This document shows positions 1-10,908 of a stretch of 64,000 nt of DNA, one piece after another. Source of the DNA: Fimbriimonadales bacterium. GTDB lineage: Bacteria; Armatimonadota; Fimbriimonadia; Fimbriimonadales; JABRVX01. Every line of letters starts with the position of its first letter. Position 1 is the first letter of the stretch. A program made the position numbers and the translations under genes. The DNA lies in the NCBI GenBank assembly GCA_045862955.1, contig BTVI01000011.1, positions 21,646-85,645 of the forward strand, written 5' to 3'. Under the pieces are notes generated by a model. The model was not told the origin of the DNA, searched no databases, and saw only the letters and a list, made by a program, of their open reading frames with translations.

Positions 1-937
1 CCTTGGAAGGGAAGGGGCGCAGTACGCGAAGCGAAATGGAGCCTACCTTGTCGCCCTTCTCGCGCAGCTTGTCCACGGCATCACGGATGGTCTCGGATGC
101 CGAGCAGAGCGAGAACATCACCGTCTCCGGCTTGTCCTCCGTGCGGTAGGTGTCTATGATGTCGTACTTGCGACCCGAGAACTTCGCATAGTCCTCGAGG
201 ATGCCCGGGATGACCTCCATGGCTTCCTTCATCGCCAGGTGGAGCTGGTACTTGTTGTTGATAAGGTCGTCGTTCATGTATGGCCCGAAGGTCTTCGGGT
301 TGTGCACGTCGAGGATAGAGGGACGCGGAGGCTTCGGCCCGATCCACGCCTTTACATCGTCGCGGTTGGAGAAGATCTCGATGCGCCGCGTTCCGTGACT
401 AGTGAAGAAGCCGTCGTACACCACCATCGCCGGCAGGCTCACGCGCTCTGCCCACTTCAGCGCGATGATGTTCATATCGTACACTTCTTGCACGTTGTTG
501 GCGAGGAGGATCAGCCATCCTGTGCCGAGCGTGTGCAGAAAGTCGGAGTGGTCGCACTTGATGTTGAGCGGGGCAGAGACCGCGCGCGCGGCGATGTTCA
601 TCACCATCGGCAGCCGAAGGCCGGACAGCACCGGCAGCTCCTCGAACTTCAGCAGCAGTCCCTGGGCGGATGTCACGTCTACCGCCCTCGCGCCCGCCGC
701 CGCGGCTCCCGTGCAGATGCCGATTGCCGCCAGCTCGCTATTAGCGGGCACGAACACCATGTCCAGCTCGCCCTTTGCTATCTTCGCGGCGACCGCTTCC
801 CCCACTTCGCTGGACGGTGTGATCGGATAAAAGCCCTCGAGGTCGTACCCGATAGCGGCGATGGCCTCGGCAGCGGCGTAGTTGCCGCTGAGGACGGCCA
901 CCTTCTGTTCGGCAGTCTTATGCGTTAACAGCGTCAC
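1..937 (-). CDS. porA: 2-oxoacid (pyruvate-type):ferredoxin oxidoreductase alpha subunit; 3' end runs off the window
   Basis: Not in the ORF track because no stop lies in the window. Hand translation from GTG at 937 gives MTLLTHKTAEQKVAVLSGNYAAAEAIAAIGYDLEGFYPITPSSEVGE...TSAQGLL...AARAVSAPLNIKCDHSD, with the YPITP motif. Overlaps the stop of the gamma/delta gene. Confidence 0.88.
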   Translation of the reverse strand, partial: MTLLTHKTAEQKVAVLSGNYAAAEAIAAIGYDLEGFYPITPSSEVGEAVAAKIAKGELDMVFVPANSELAAIGICTGAAAAGARAVDVTSAQGLLLKFEELPVLSGLRLPMVMNIAARAVSAPLNIKCDHSDFLHTLGTGWLILLANNVQEVYDMNIIALKWAERVSLPAMVVYDGFFTSHGTRRIEIFSNRDDVKAWIGPKPPRPSILDVHNPKTFGPYMNDDLINNKYQLHLAMKEAMEVIPGILEDYAKFSGRKYDIIDTYRTEDKPETVMFSLCSASETIRDAVDKLREKGDKVGSISLRVLRPFPSK

Positions 938-1931
938 CGGTCTTTACTTCCTTTCTCCCTGCGGGATTCTCGGCCACGAGGTCCAGGTGCTCTGCCTCGA
1001 CGGCCTGGGTCAGCGCTTTGCCCTTCTTGGTCTCCGGACAAACGTAGATGCACCGGAGGCACCCTTTGCAGAAATCGTAGTCGATGCCGATCATCTGGCC
1101 ACCACGAAACACTACCGAGCCAGGATCGGGGCAGGTGAAGTAGCACTTCACGCAGTGGATGCATGCCGCGGCATCGAAGATGGGAATGAGCCCAGCGCGC
1201 ATGGTCTTCGTGGAGCGGATGTTCAGATGCTCGACGTTCTCCACGACCGCGCCAATCTGCTGGTTCTCGTAGCCGATGTCGGGCTTCCTGTCGTAGTCCA
1301 CGGGCACCAGCGGATACTTGCCGTCGGCGGGGTAGGAGGCGAAGACGCAGTTTGTCGCCGCTGCCTCGTAGGCCGCCAGGTTCGCATCCTTCAGCTTCGG
1401 CCACTGCCCGGCGATCATCTCCTTCATTTTCTCATCCGAGAAGCCCAGCGTGTGGGCCAGCAGGGCGAAGAGGGGGATGTTGATGCGAGACTTGGTGCTC
1501 GTCGCTATCTCCGTCGCATCCAGGCAGATGATGCGGCCGCTGTGCAGCTTCAAGCGGTCGCGCACCTCGTCGGGAGTGAGGCGGGTGTTGACGATGACCG
1601 TGGCATTCTCCTGAAGCCCCTCGTTTAGGCGCATCGCTTGGATCAGGTGCTCGCGGAACACGACCAGAATGTGCGGAGTTCTCGTCGGTCCGACTTGGCG
1701 AACGGGCGTACCTACCTCACACAGTTTCACCGAGACAGAAGTCGGAGTGCCCTTTTTCTCGGAGCCGTATGCCGCGTCGTAGCCGCCGTCCAGGTCCATC
1801 ACCTGAACGGCCGTATCGAACAGCATCTTGCCGAGCGAGTTGGCCCCGTCTCCCCCCAGCGCCACCATGGAGATGTTACAGAAACCAAGTTCGTCTCGAT
1901 AGGGCAATCGAGACTCAGTCGAGCTGGACAT
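918..1931 (-). CDS. 2-oxoacid:ferredoxin oxidoreductase gamma subunit fused to a C-terminal 2x[4Fe-4S] delta domain
   Basis: GGDGANSLGK, YGSEKKG and IVNT gamma motifs; CIHCVKCYFTCP and CKGCLRCIYVCP clusters. ATG at 1931 follows GGGAGG. Confidence 0.88.
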   Translation of the reverse strand: MSSSTESRLPYRDELGFCNISMVALGGDGANSLGKMLFDTAVQVMDLDGGYDAAYGSEKKGTPTSVSVKLCEVGTPVRQVGPTRTPHILVVFREHLIQAMRLNEGLQENATVIVNTRLTPDEVRDRLKLHSGRIICLDATEIATSTKSRINIPLFALLAHTLGFSDEKMKEMIAGQWPKLKDANLAAYEAAATNCVFASYPADGKYPLVPVDYDRKPDIGYENQQIGAVVENVEHLNIRSTKTMRAGLIPIFDAAACIHCVKCYFTCPDPGSVVFRGGQMIGIDYDFCKGCLRCIYVCPETKKGKALTQAVEAEHLDLVAENPAGRKEVKTGDAVNA

Positions 1932-1979
1932 GCTTATCGTATCCTCCCTATCGTTGCGGCGCCAGCGTTCCATTCCGAA

Positions 1980-2243
1980 TCAGTCGCGCGGGAACCGCTC
2001 CGGATGCAGCTGGACCGCCTTCGCCATCAGTTCTTCAGCCGTCTCACGTCGGTTGGGATCGTCCTGGATGCCGTCCACGGGGCAGACTTCGGCGCAGTGG
2101 GGTCTGTCATAGAAGCCCACGCACTCGGTACATCGCTCTCCGCGCACCACGTAGATGGTCCCGTCGAGAACGATCGCATCGTTCGGGCATTCGGGTTGAC
2201 ATAGCCCACAGGCGATACAATCTTCGGTGATTAGCCTGGCCAT
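1980..2243 (-). CDS. 2x[4Fe-4S] ferredoxin, YfhL-like
   Basis: CIACGLCQPECP and CTECVGFYDRPHCAEVCPVD; GAGGGGGG upstream. Confidence 0.92.
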   Translation of the reverse strand: MARLITEDCIACGLCQPECPNDAIVLDGTIYVVRGERCTECVGFYDRPHCAEVCPVDGIQDDPNRRETAEELMAKAVQLHPERFPRD

Positions 2244-2447
2244 CGTTCTATTCCCCCCTCGGTTCGCTCCGATAACGGTCTCGAACCCCGTCCGCCGACA
2301 CAGCTGAGGTTCGGGGCCTTAGCCGGGAACCGACCTGGGCTTGCGGGCGGGAGCGGCGGCACTCGGATGCGATTCCTTAGCCACCCCTAAATTATCGAGC
2401 GCGCGCCCAACTCAGTATAGCATGAGCAGGAACCAGCCCACGAGGAT

Positions 2448-2465
2448 TCGTGCTTTTTTTCGCAA
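2448..2465. promoter_or_regulatory. Rex-like operator between the divergent fdx-por and nuo operons
   Basis: TCGTGCTTTTTTTCGCAA fits TTGTG-N8-CACAA with one transition in each half-site. Confidence 0.5.
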
Positions 2466-2599
2466 CTGATTGGGCAAAGGTCCCAGGGGCGTTTCCCAGC
2501 CCGCCGAAGTGCACCGCAACGGGTATTCGGAAGGAGTGGCGAAGGCTGCGCAGAAATCCTTAGCAACCATTCGCTTTGGGCATCGGAGAGCCGACAAGA

Positions 2600-2959
2600 A
2601 TGCTGATCGTTCTGATCGTTTTCACCGTGATGGGGTTGGCGTTCGTCGCGACGACCCTCTTTGTTTCGCGCCTTCTGCGGCCGTCAAATCCAACGCCAGT
2701 GAAGCTGGAGGCCTATGAGTGCGGTCCTCAGCCTTTCTCGTCCGCATGGCGCCAGATGAACTTTCACTACTACACTTTCCCGTTGCTTTTCGTGCTCTTC
2801 GATGTGGAATCGGCGTTTCTGTTTCCGGTGGCTGTGGTCGCCTCCTCCATGCTAAGAGGGATGCAGCTCGTGGTCTTCATGGAGATTCTGGTGTTCGTGG
2901 CGATTTTGGTTGCCGGATGGTTCTATGCCTGGCGAGTGGGGGGACTAGAGTGGGAGTAA
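2600..2959 (+). CDS. nuoA: Complex I subunit A
   Basis: YECG loop, FVLFDVE, GGLEWE C-terminus. Confidence 0.93.
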   Translation: MLIVLIVFTVMGLAFVATTLFVSRLLRPSNPTPVKLEAYECGPQPFSSAWRQMNFHYYTFPLLFVLFDVESAFLFPVAVVASSMLRGMQLVVFMEILVFVAILVAGWFYAWRVGGLEWE

Positions 2960-2963
2960 TCGA

Positions 2964-3500
2964 ATGAGCGACCTCAGCGACATGCTGGTGAAAGTGCCAG
3001 GCGGAAGCATTCTCATCGGGCCCATAGAGGAAATATTCAAGTGGGCACGCAAGTCCTCGATGTGGTCTCTGACCTTCGGTCTCTCGTGCTGTGCGATCGA
3101 GATGATCTCGACGGCAGCTTCCCACTACGATCTCGACCGGTTCGGCATTCTCTTCCGTGCGACGCCGAGGCAAGCGGACGTGATGATCGTGGCGGGATGG
3201 GTCTCCGTGAAGATGGCTCCACTCATCCGGCGGCTGTACGAGCAGATGCCCGAGCCCAAGTACGTGGTGGCAATGGGCGGGTGTGCGAGCGCCGGCGGGC
3301 CCTATCGAGACTCGGAGACCATCGTGAAGGGCGTTGACAACATCGTGCCCGTGGATGTGTATGTCTACGGCTGCCCTCCACGGCCCGAGAACCTGATCCA
3401 TGGTCTGCTGATGTTGCAGGAGAGAATCAGCAAGGAGTCGCTCCGTCGCGACCCGGAAGACCCGACCGCAACACCAGAGCCAATCGTGATTCAGGCATGA
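2964..3500 (+). CDS. nuoB: Complex I subunit B
   Basis: [21 protein letters not shown] (N2 ligands). Confidence 0.95.
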   Translation: MSDLSDMLVKVPGGSILIGPIEEIFKWARKSSMWSLTFGLSCCAIEMISTAASHYDLDRFGILFRATPRQADVMIVAGWVSVKMAPLIRRLYEQMPEPKYVVAMGGCASAGGPYRDSETIVKGVDNIVPVDVYVYGCPPRPENLIHGLLMLQERISKESLRRDPEDPTATPEPIVIQA

Positions 3501-4006
3501 GTGAGACGGTGGACCTCGGCTTCCTTCCCCAGCTGCAGTCGCGCTTCGGCAGCGCCTTGCTCGCTGCCGAGTGGACCGGGCGCGATGCTAGGGTCACCGT
3601 AGCGCTCGATGCGTTACCCGATCTGCTTCGGTTTGCCCGCGATGAGCTCAACCCACCGATGAAGTACCCTGCAATGCTGACCGCCTATGACACGGGAGAG
3701 GAGTTGATCCTCGTCTACCGCCTGGCTTCGCTGGAGCACCAGCAGTTTCTCCTGGTGCATGCTCCTGTGTCCCGCACGGACCCCGTCGCACCCTCTTCGA
3801 CTGCCCTCTGGCCCGGAATGAACTGGCACGAGCGCGAGGTCTTCGATATGTTCGGCATACGCTTCGAGGGTCACCCGAACCTCCAACGCATTCTGCTGCC
3901 GGACGATTGGGAGGGCCACCCCTTCCGAAAGGACTACGTCTCTGTTCCGAGTGGGGATCCCCTCCGAGGCCCGCAGCCTACGGATCCGGTGGGAGGTCGA
4001 AAATGA
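3497..4006 (+). CDS. nuoC: Complex I subunit C
   Basis: [18 protein letters not shown]...GHPFRKDY. Confidence 0.93.
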   Translation: MSETVDLGFLPQLQSRFGSALLAAEWTGRDARVTVALDALPDLLRFARDELNPPMKYPAMLTAYDTGEELILVYRLASLEHQQFLLVHAPVSRTDPVAPSSTALWPGMNWHEREVFDMFGIRFEGHPNLQRILLPDDWEGHPFRKDYVSVPSGDPLRGPQPTDPVGGRK

Positions 4007-5133
4007 GGGAGGTGGTCACGACCCTCGAAACCCGAGAGATCGTCACCGAGGGGATGGTTCTCAACATGGGTCCGCAGCACCCCTCGACGCATGGGGTGCT
4101 TCGACTCATACTAACATTGGACGGGGAAGAGGTCATCGAGTGTGAGCCGGTGATCGGCTATCTGCATCGGGGTCTGGAGAAGTTCGCGGAGCGCAGGCCC
4201 TACGCGCACTTCATTCCCTTCACGGACCGATTGGACTACTTGTCCGCTCTCTCGTGCAACCTGGCATGTGCGCAGGCTATCGAGCGCCTCGCAGGAATCG
4301 AAGTCCCCGAGCGAGCCAGCTACCTGCGCGTCGCCCTGATGGAACTCAATCGCATCGCCAGCCACCTGGTGTTCCTGGGTACTTTCGGAGCGGACATCGG
4401 GGCAACGACGGTGCTCCTCTACGCCTTCCGCGAGCGGGAGATGTGCCTGGAGCTTCTCGAAGCCATCACTGGCGCGCGGCTCACCTATAACTGGGTCCGC
4501 GTGGGCGGGCTGCCCGCGGACATGCCGGATGGATGGGATGTCGGAGTGCTGGAGTTCTGCCAGCACATGACGAAGCGTCTCGAAGAGAATGACCGCTTGC
4601 TCTCGGACAATCCCATCTTCCGCTCGCGCACCGAGGGATTGGGTGTAATTCCGCCTGAGATGGGAGTGGCCTATGGATTGTCAGGCCCGACGCTTCGTGG
4701 TTCCGGAGTGGCATACGACATTCGACGCTTCTGGCCCTATGAGGTCTATGACCAACTCGAGTTCGACGTGGTGACCGAGGACGCGGGTGACGTATTCGCG
4801 CGGTATCGGGTTCGGTTGCGTGAGATGGTAGAGAGCGTTCGGATCCTGCGGCAGGTCTTCGAACGCATACCCGAGGGACCGATCCGATCGAAGACTCCCA
4901 AGGTGCTCAAGCCGCCGGCAGGCGAAGCCTACTCACTGGTCGAGAGCCCGAGGGGTGAGATTTCCTTTTACATGGTAAGCGACGGTTCTGCCAACCCGGT
5001 TCGCTGTCACATTCGCGCCCCATCCTTCTGCAACCTAACCATACTGCGTGATCTGGTAGTTGGGCAGAAGGTGGCCGACGTAGTTGCCATTCTTGGAAGC
5101 CTAGACATCGTCCTCGGTGAGGTGGACCGTTGA
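4003..5133 (+). CDS. nuoD: Complex I subunit D
   Basis: [30 protein letters not shown] end; no NiFe CxxC motifs; ATGA overlap with nuoC. Confidence 0.95.
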   Translation: MREVVTTLETREIVTEGMVLNMGPQHPSTHGVLRLILTLDGEEVIECEPVIGYLHRGLEKFAERRPYAHFIPFTDRLDYLSALSCNLACAQAIERLAGIEVPERASYLRVALMELNRIASHLVFLGTFGADIGATTVLLYAFREREMCLELLEAITGARLTYNWVRVGGLPADMPDGWDVGVLEFCQHMTKRLEENDRLLSDNPIFRSRTEGLGVIPPEMGVAYGLSGPTLRGSGVAYDIRRFWPYEVYDQLEFDVVTEDAGDVFARYRVRLREMVESVRILRQVFERIPEGPIRSKTPKVLKPPAGEAYSLVESPRGEISFYMVSDGSANPVRCHIRAPSFCNLTILRDLVVGQKVADVVAILGSLDIVLGEVDR

Positions 5134-6161
5134 AGGAGTGGCTGGCGTCCGTGCTGCAAGGAATGCCCTATGCGCAAGCGTTCGTGCACGGCGCGATCAT
5201 CATCACCTTCATTCAAGTGTCGGTGCTTCTGCTTATCTACATGGAGCGCAAGGTAGCCGGCTTCATACAGAGCCGAGTAGGGCCCATGCGCACCGGGCCA
5301 TACGGCTCCCTGCAGACACTCGCCGATGCAATCAAGCTAATGACGAAGGAGGACATCGTCCCTGCGGCAGCAGACCGTTTCCTGTTTCTCCTCGCTCCGT
5401 TCATGGTGCTGCTGCCGACGTTCTTAGTGTTTAGCGTGTTACCGTTTGCCGAGAGCTGGCTGGTGCAGGAGTTCAGCGCAGCGCTCATCTTCATCGTCGG
5501 TGCTTCGACGATGGCCATCACGGGCATCATCATGGCAGGCTGGGGCACGAACAACAAGTACTCGCTGTTAGGTGGCATGCGGTCTGCCGCGCAACTCATC
5601 AGCTATGAGATCCCCATCGTGCTGGCGCTGCTCTGCGTTGCCTTCTACGCAGGTTCGATGAACACCGTGGAAATCGTGACGGCACAGCAGGGTGTGAGAT
5701 ACTTGTTCGGAATCCCGCTGCCGAACTGGTTCATCCTCCATCCGCCCCTCATGCTCGCGGCACTCATCTACTACATCGGTCAATTGGCCGAGACGAATCG
5801 CACGCCGTTCGACCTGCCCGAGGCGGAGTCGGAGCTGGTGAGTGGCTTTCACACCGAGTACTCTGGCATGCGCTTCGCCTTTTTCTTCCTTGCGGAGTTC
5901 GCAAACACCTTCTTCGCTGCCGCTCTGGGTATCGTGCTCTTCTTCGGTGGATGGGACGGTCTCGGCGGCAATTGGGGCGCGCTGTGGTTCCTAACCAAAA
6001 GCTACGTGGGTGTGTTCTTCTTGATGTGGATTCGCTGGACGCTGCCACGCGTGCGCATAGACCAACTGTTAGGCTTTGCTTGGAAGGTGCTGGTTCCGCT
6101 GGGCCTGTTCGCTGTCCTTTGGACCGCTGCGGCGGTAGTGTTCGGGGGGAAGGTACGATGA
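5130..6161 (+). CDS. nuoH: Complex I subunit H
   Basis: ERKVAG, ADAIKLMTKE, AETNRTPFDLPEAESELVSGFHTEY. Confidence 0.95.
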   Translation: MKEWLASVLQGMPYAQAFVHGAIIITFIQVSVLLLIYMERKVAGFIQSRVGPMRTGPYGSLQTLADAIKLMTKEDIVPAAADRFLFLLAPFMVLLPTFLVFSVLPFAESWLVQEFSAALIFIVGASTMAITGIIMAGWGTNNKYSLLGGMRSAAQLISYEIPIVLALLCVAFYAGSMNTVEIVTAQQGVRYLFGIPLPNWFILHPPLMLAALIYYIGQLAETNRTPFDLPEAESELVSGFHTEYSGMRFAFFFLAEFANTFFAAALGIVLFFGGWDGLGGNWGALWFLTKSYVGVFFLMWIRWTLPRVRIDQLLGFAWKVLVPLGLFAVLWTAAAVVFGGKVR

Positions 6162-6691
6162 CCGCGCTAGCCTCGCTCGTAGTCGGCTTTATAAATATCC
6201 TCAAGGGCATGAGCGTAACGCTCGGCAACTTCGGTGCGCGCAAGGTCACCGTCCAATACCCGCAGCAGCGGCGAAGAGTCAGCCCTCGCTATCGTGGTAT
6301 GTTCTACCTGAAGTGGAACCCGGAGAAAGAGCGCCTCAACTGCGTGGGTTGCACACTGTGCGCGCAAGCGTGTCCAACCGACGTGATCACGATGCATAAG
6401 GTCGGGAAGGGAACTGATGCCGGTGTAGACGAGTTCACTATGGACCTCGGAAGGTGCATGTTCTGCGAACTGTGTGTGGAGGCATGTCCCTTCGATGCCA
6501 TCTATATGGGGCAGGAGTACGAGTTCGCAACATACCAGCGCGAGCAATGTGTGATGACGATCGACGCCCTGGCGCAGGGAGGCGAAGCCAACGTGCGACT
6601 GAACAATGAGACGCTGCTGCGGCTGGAGAAGGAAGCCGAGCAGAAGCGCGCCGCAAAGGCCGAAGGACACGAAGCGGAGAAGAAGGATTGA
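6158..6691 (+). CDS. nuoI: Complex I subunit I
   Basis: VTVQYP, CVGCTLCAQACP, CMFCELCVEACP; charged C-terminal tail. Confidence 0.93.
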   Translation: MTALASLVVGFINILKGMSVTLGNFGARKVTVQYPQQRRRVSPRYRGMFYLKWNPEKERLNCVGCTLCAQACPTDVITMHKVGKGTDAGVDEFTMDLGRCMFCELCVEACPFDAIYMGQEYEFATYQREQCVMTIDALAQGGEANVRLNNETLLRLEKEAEQKRAAKAEGHEAEKKD

Positions 6692-7275
6692 TGGAGATCG
6701 CGCTGTTCTACGGCATAGTAGGGCTGGTGCTGGCATCCGGCGCAGCCGTGGTGCTACTGCGGAACCTAGTGCACGCGGGGCTGTGGTTGATCGTGTGCTT
6801 TCTGGGTGTCGCCTGCCTATTCCTGATGCTGCAGTCCGAGCTGCTATTCGCGATACAGCTAACCATCTATGCAGGCGCGATACCGATTTTGTTGCTATTC
6901 GTTCTGATGCTCACGCGCGAGGTGATGAGTGTCGAGCAGACCGCACACTCGCGCATGTGGCCGCTCGGTATCGGTGCCGCGTTGGCATTCTTGCTCATCG
7001 CGTTGCCGAGGACCGAGGGCATAGGTGCTAGCACACCGCTGCCGCCGGTTCCGGCCGACCTGACGGCGCAGATCGGTCGCGGCTTCCTCGGAGAATACGT
7101 GTTGCCGTTCGAGGTGGCATCTTTGCTCCTGTTAGCTGCGTTGGTCGGCGCAATCTACCTGGCTCGTGCCGAAAAGGCCCCCGCGGCCGCGACACGCGAA
7201 GAAACCCCCACGGAGGAGACGATTGGAAGGGATACCGCTTCAGCACTGGCTGATCGCAGCGACGTTGCTGTTTAG
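6691..7275 (+). CDS. nuoJ: Complex I subunit J
   Basis: QLTIYAGAI, PFEVASLLLLAALVGAI. Confidence 0.92.
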   Translation: MEIALFYGIVGLVLASGAAVVLLRNLVHAGLWLIVCFLGVACLFLMLQSELLFAIQLTIYAGAIPILLLFVLMLTREVMSVEQTAHSRMWPLGIGAALAFLLIALPRTEGIGASTPLPPVPADLTAQIGRGFLGEYVLPFEVASLLLLAALVGAIYLARAEKAPAAATREETPTEETIGRDTASALADRSDVAV

Positions 7276-7537
7276 CATGGGGCTGTTCGGCGTCATTGCG
7301 CGCCGCAGTACCATCGCCCTGCTGATGTCCATCGAGTTGATGCTCGCTGCGGCAAACATCAACTTCTTGGCCTTCTGGCGCTATCGCTGGGTGAGCAGCA
7401 TCGAGGCGCCGGTGTTCGTAACGATCATCATTTTGGTGGCAGCGTGCGAAGTGGCGGTGGGTCTCGGCATCATTCTCAGCATGTTTCGGCGGTTCCGCTC
7501 GGCCGATGTAGAAGACTTGAAGGAGATGCAGGGCTAG
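7223..7537 (+). CDS. nuoK: Complex I subunit K
   Basis: MSIELML, VAACEVAVGLGI; TTG start after GGAGGAG; overlaps the nuoJ tail by 53 nt. Confidence 0.9.
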   Translation: MEGIPLQHWLIAATLLFSMGLFGVIARRSTIALLMSIELMLAAANINFLAFWRYRWVSSIEAPVFVTIIILVAACEVAVGLGIILSMFRRFRSADVEDLKEMQG

Positions 7538-7540
7538 GGC

Positions 7541-9439
7541 ATGAGAGAACTGGCAGGTCTCATCCCTCTACTACCTCTTGCGGGCGCTATCGTGACGGCG
7601 TTGTTCTTCGTGACGCGACGCGACAACGGAACGCTGGCAGCGATTCCGGTGCTGCTGATGACGCTGGCAAGTGCCGTTCTATCATGCTTCACGCTCGGCG
7701 GGCTGCTACAATACGGACCGAGCGGGCACACTCAGGCTTGGCTGGCCGTCGGCGAGTTCCAATTGACCGTGGGCTACATCATAGATGCCCTCAGCGTCAC
7801 GATGCTACTGGTAGTCACGGTCGTTGCCTTCCTGGTGCAGATGTTCTCGATAGGCTACATGCGTGGCGACGATGGGTTCGCACGGTACTTTACCTACATG
7901 GGGCTCTTCGCCACGGCGATGCTCGGCCTCGTAATTGCAGACAACCTCTGGCTCATCTACGTGTGTTGGGAGTTGGTCGGCATCTGCTCCTATCTGCTGA
8001 TCGGCTTCTGGTACCGTAATTATGCACCCGCGAACGCAGCGAAGAAGGCTTTCATCGTGACTCGCTTCGGCGACCTGGGCCTGCTCGGCAGTGTGATCTT
8101 GCTGGGCAGTGCAGCCGGCACATTCGAGCTGCAAGGACTCCAGGAGCGGATCGCGGGTGGCAACATCGGAGTGAGTTGGCTTGCAGGCGGAGGGTTTCTC
8201 ACTCTGTGCGCCCTGCTTCTGTTCTTCGGAGCCATGGGTAAGAGCGCGCAGTTCCCACTGCACGTATGGTTGCCGGATGCGATGGAAGGCCCGACGCCGG
8301 TTTCCGCGCTCATCCATGCCGCGACGATGGTAGCCGCGGGGGTGTTCCTGGTCGCTCGGACGTACTTCCTGTTCGCCGCGGCTCCCGGTGCGCTCGATGT
8401 GGTGGCATGGGTGGGTGTCATCACCGCAGTGATGGGAGCGACGATCGCGGTGGTGCAGTACGACATCAAGAGGGTTATGGCCTACTCCACGATCAGTCAA
8501 CTCGGATACATGATGCTGGGACTGGCGGTGGGCGGCGTAACAGTAGGAATCTTCCACCTCGGAACCCACGCGTTCTTCAAGGCCCTGCTCTTTCTGACGG
8601 CGGGCAGTGTAATTCATGCGCTCCACCACCGCCAGGACCTGCGCGAGATGGGTGGCCTTCATCCCAGAATGCGCGTTACTTCGATTACATGCCTCGTAGG
8701 TGCACTCGCGCTCGCTGGCATTCCGCCCCTCTCAGGCTTCTGGAGCAAGGATGAGATTCTGGCTTCTGCCCTTCACGCTAGCACGTTGTTCTACGTGCTC
8801 GGGGCTGTAGTGGCTGCTCTTACCGCGTTCTACATGTTCCGCATGTGGTGCCTCGCTTTCCTCGGCTCCCCACGCACTCCGGCCGCTGAGCACGCAAAAG
8901 AGAGCCCGTGGGTGATGACGGTTCCGCTGTCGGTCCTTGCACTTGCCGCAATCGGAGTCGGTGTGGTGAACTTGCCCTTCGGTGCCTGGGCACATACGCT
9001 ACGGGAGTTCTTGGAACCGGGCGCGACCCCACATCCATTCAGCTATGCCGCAGCCCTGCCCGCGCTCGTGCTGTCCCTACTCGGGTTGGTAGTCGGGGTC
9101 GCCCTCTATCGGCGCGCACCGGAACGAGATCCCGTTACTCGGTTGCCTGTTCCCGTGTATCAGTTCCTGGCCCGGAAGTGGTACATAGACGACTTCTATG
9201 AAAAGGGGGTGGCGCGCGCAGCCGTCGCTTGGGGATCCGTAGTGGCCTGGTTCGACAAGTACGTAGTCAACGGATTGGTGGACCTGACCGCATGGCTCTG
9301 CGGTGTTAGTGGTGGGTTGCTCAGACTTGCAACGAGCGGTCAGCCGCAGTTCTACATCGCAGTGCTCGTCGTGTTCGCGGTGCTGATGGCTGTGTGGTTT
9401 CGTTTCGGCGGAGGCATTCTGTGGGTGAGGGCTTGGTGA
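7541..9439 (+). CDS. nuoL: Complex I subunit L
   Basis: GKSAQFPLHVWLPDAMEGPTPVSALIHAATMV, HAFFKA. Confidence 0.95.
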   Translation: MRELAGLIPLLPLAGAIVTALFFVTRRDNGTLAAIPVLLMTLASAVLSCFTLGGLLQYGPSGHTQAWLAVGEFQLTVGYIIDALSVTMLLVVTVVAFLVQMFSIGYMRGDDGFARYFTYMGLFATAMLGLVIADNLWLIYVCWELVGICSYLLIGFWYRNYAPANAAKKAFIVTRFGDLGLLGSVILLGSAAGTFELQGLQERIAGGNIGVSWLAGGGFLTLCALLLFFGAMGKSAQFPLHVWLPDAMEGPTPVSALIHAATMVAAGVFLVARTYFLFAAAPGALDVVAWVGVITAVMGATIAVVQYDIKRVMAYSTISQLGYMMLGLAVGGVTVGIFHLGTHAFFKALLFLTAGSVIHALHHRQDLREMGGLHPRMRVTSITCLVGALALAGIPPLSGFWSKDEILASALHASTLFYVLGAVVAALTAFYMFRMWCLAFLGSPRTPAAEHAKESPWVMTVPLSVLALAAIGVGVVNLPFGAWAHTLREFLEPGATPHPFSYAAALPALVLSLLGLVVGVALYRRAPERDPVTRLPVPVYQFLARKWYIDDFYEKGVARAAVAWGSVVAWFDKYVVNGLVDLTAWLCGVSGGLLRLATSGQPQFYIAVLVVFAVLMAVWFRFGGGILWVRAW

Positions 9440-10908
9440 TGGAGTTCGTGAATGCCCACCTCCTCTCGATCACGTTCTGGTCGCCCTTCCTGGCCTGCCT
9501 GATCCTCCTGATCGTTCCGCCGGAACGCAAGACCTTGGCGCGTATGATCGCTCTCGTCGCGGCGCTCATCACGCTGTGCACGGCAACCGCTCTTTGCCTC
9601 GGCTATGACGCAGGGCGAGGAGGCTTTCAGTTCATTGAGAACTATGAGTGGCTACCAGGACTACCCGTGCGTTACCTCTTAGGCGTGGACGGGATCAGTC
9701 TCTCCATGGTGCTACTCACCGCAATCATCATCACTGCCGGCGTCTTCGCCTCCTGGACCCTGGAGAATCGCTGCAAGGAGTTTCTCACGCTCCTCTTGTT
9801 CCTGGTCACGGGTGTGTTCGGCGTCTTCGTATCTTTGGACCTGTTCTTCCTGTTTCTGTTCTACGAGATTGCAGTGTTGCCGATGTACCTGCTGATCGGT
9901 GTGTGGGGCACGGGGCCGAAGGAGTACTCGGCCATGAAGCTGACCCTATACCTCATGCTCGGCAGCGCGCTGATCCTAACAGGCATCCTGGTGTTGCAGT
10001 ACCTGCACCCATCGCACACGTTGGACCTGTCGGAGCTGTCGCGCGGGACGACACTCGCGATCGAGACTCAGCGGCTGCTCTTCCTCGCCTTCTATCTCGG
10101 CTTCGGGGTACTCGCGGGTATCTGGCCCTTCCACACCTGGTCGCCCGACGGCCACGCCTCGGCTCCGACTGCGGTCTCGATGCTGCACGCAGGCGTGCTG
10201 ATGAAGTTAGGTGCCTATGGCGTCCTACGTATGTGCGTGGGTGTGTTGCCCGATGCGGCGCGCGAGATGATGCCACTCGTCGCCGTGATTGCTGCCATCA
10301 ACATCGTGTACGGCGCATTCTCGGCAATGGGACAGAAGGATCTGAAGTACGTGATCGCCTACTCCAGTGTTAGCCACATGGGCGTTGTGATGTTGGGCAT
10401 CGCAGCAATGAACCCAGTGAGCATCAATGGCGCCGTGATGCAGATGTTCTCGCACGGCATCATGACAGGCCTGTTCTTTGCACTCGTCGGTCTGGTCTAC
10501 GAGAAGACTCACATCCGCGACATCACGCAGATGGGCGGATTGGCCCGTCAGATGCCAGGCGTCGCGATCGCCTTCGTAATAGGGGGCCTGGCGTCCTTCG
10601 GTCTGCCGCTAACTAGTGGGTTCATCGCCGAGTACCTCGTGTTCTTCGGCTCCTTCCAAACCTTCCCGTACGTCACTGCCGTCGCGCTGACCGGCATCGT
10701 GATCACGGCGGCCTACGTGTTACGTGTCGTGCAGAAGGTGTTCCTCGGTCCCATGCCGGACCGATGGCGAGGCACCCCCGACGCCATGCGCACCGAATGG
10801 GTGGCACTGGCATCGCTCGCCGCACTTCTGATCATCGTAGGGGTGGTGCCCGGACCACTGACGGAGCTAATCAACACCGGCATTCGAAATCTCGGAGTGC
10901 AGCTGTGA
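9439..10908 (+). CDS. nuoM: Complex I subunit M
   Basis: PFHTWSPDGHASAPT, LMKLGAYG, AYSSVSHMG. Confidence 0.94.
   Translation: MEFVNAHLLSITFWSPFLACLILLIVPPERKTLARMIALVAALITLCTATALCLGYDAGRGGFQFIENYEWLPGLPVRYLLGVDGISLSMVLLTAIIITAGVFASWTLENRCKEFLTLLLFLVTGVFGVFVSLDLFFLFLFYEIAVLPMYLLIGVWGTGPKEYSAMKLTLYLMLGSALILTGILVLQYLHPSHTLDLSELSRGTTLAIETQRLLFLAFYLGFGVLAGIWPFHTWSPDGHASAPTAVSMLHAGVLMKLGAYGVLRMCVGVLPDAAREMMPLVAVIAAINIVYGAFSAMGQKDLKYVIAYSSVSHMGVVMLGIAAMNPVSINGAVMQMFSHGIMTGLFFALVGLVYEKTHIRDITQMGGLARQMPGVAIAFVIGGLASFGLPLTSGFIAEYLVFFGSFQTFPYVTAVALTGIVITAAYVLRVVQKVFLGPMPDRWRGTPDAMRTEWVALASLAALLIIVGVVPGPLTELINTGIRNLGVQL

Noticed and set aside
1..937. Oxalate oxidoreductase
   Set aside because: The motif is YPITP, not the YPIRP of oxalate oxidoreductase; the substrate remains unproven.
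2964..5133. Group 4 [NiFe]-hydrogenase reading of the headless complex
   Set aside because: NuoD lacks both Ni-binding CxxC motifs and ends in GEVDR; nuoA, J and K are present.
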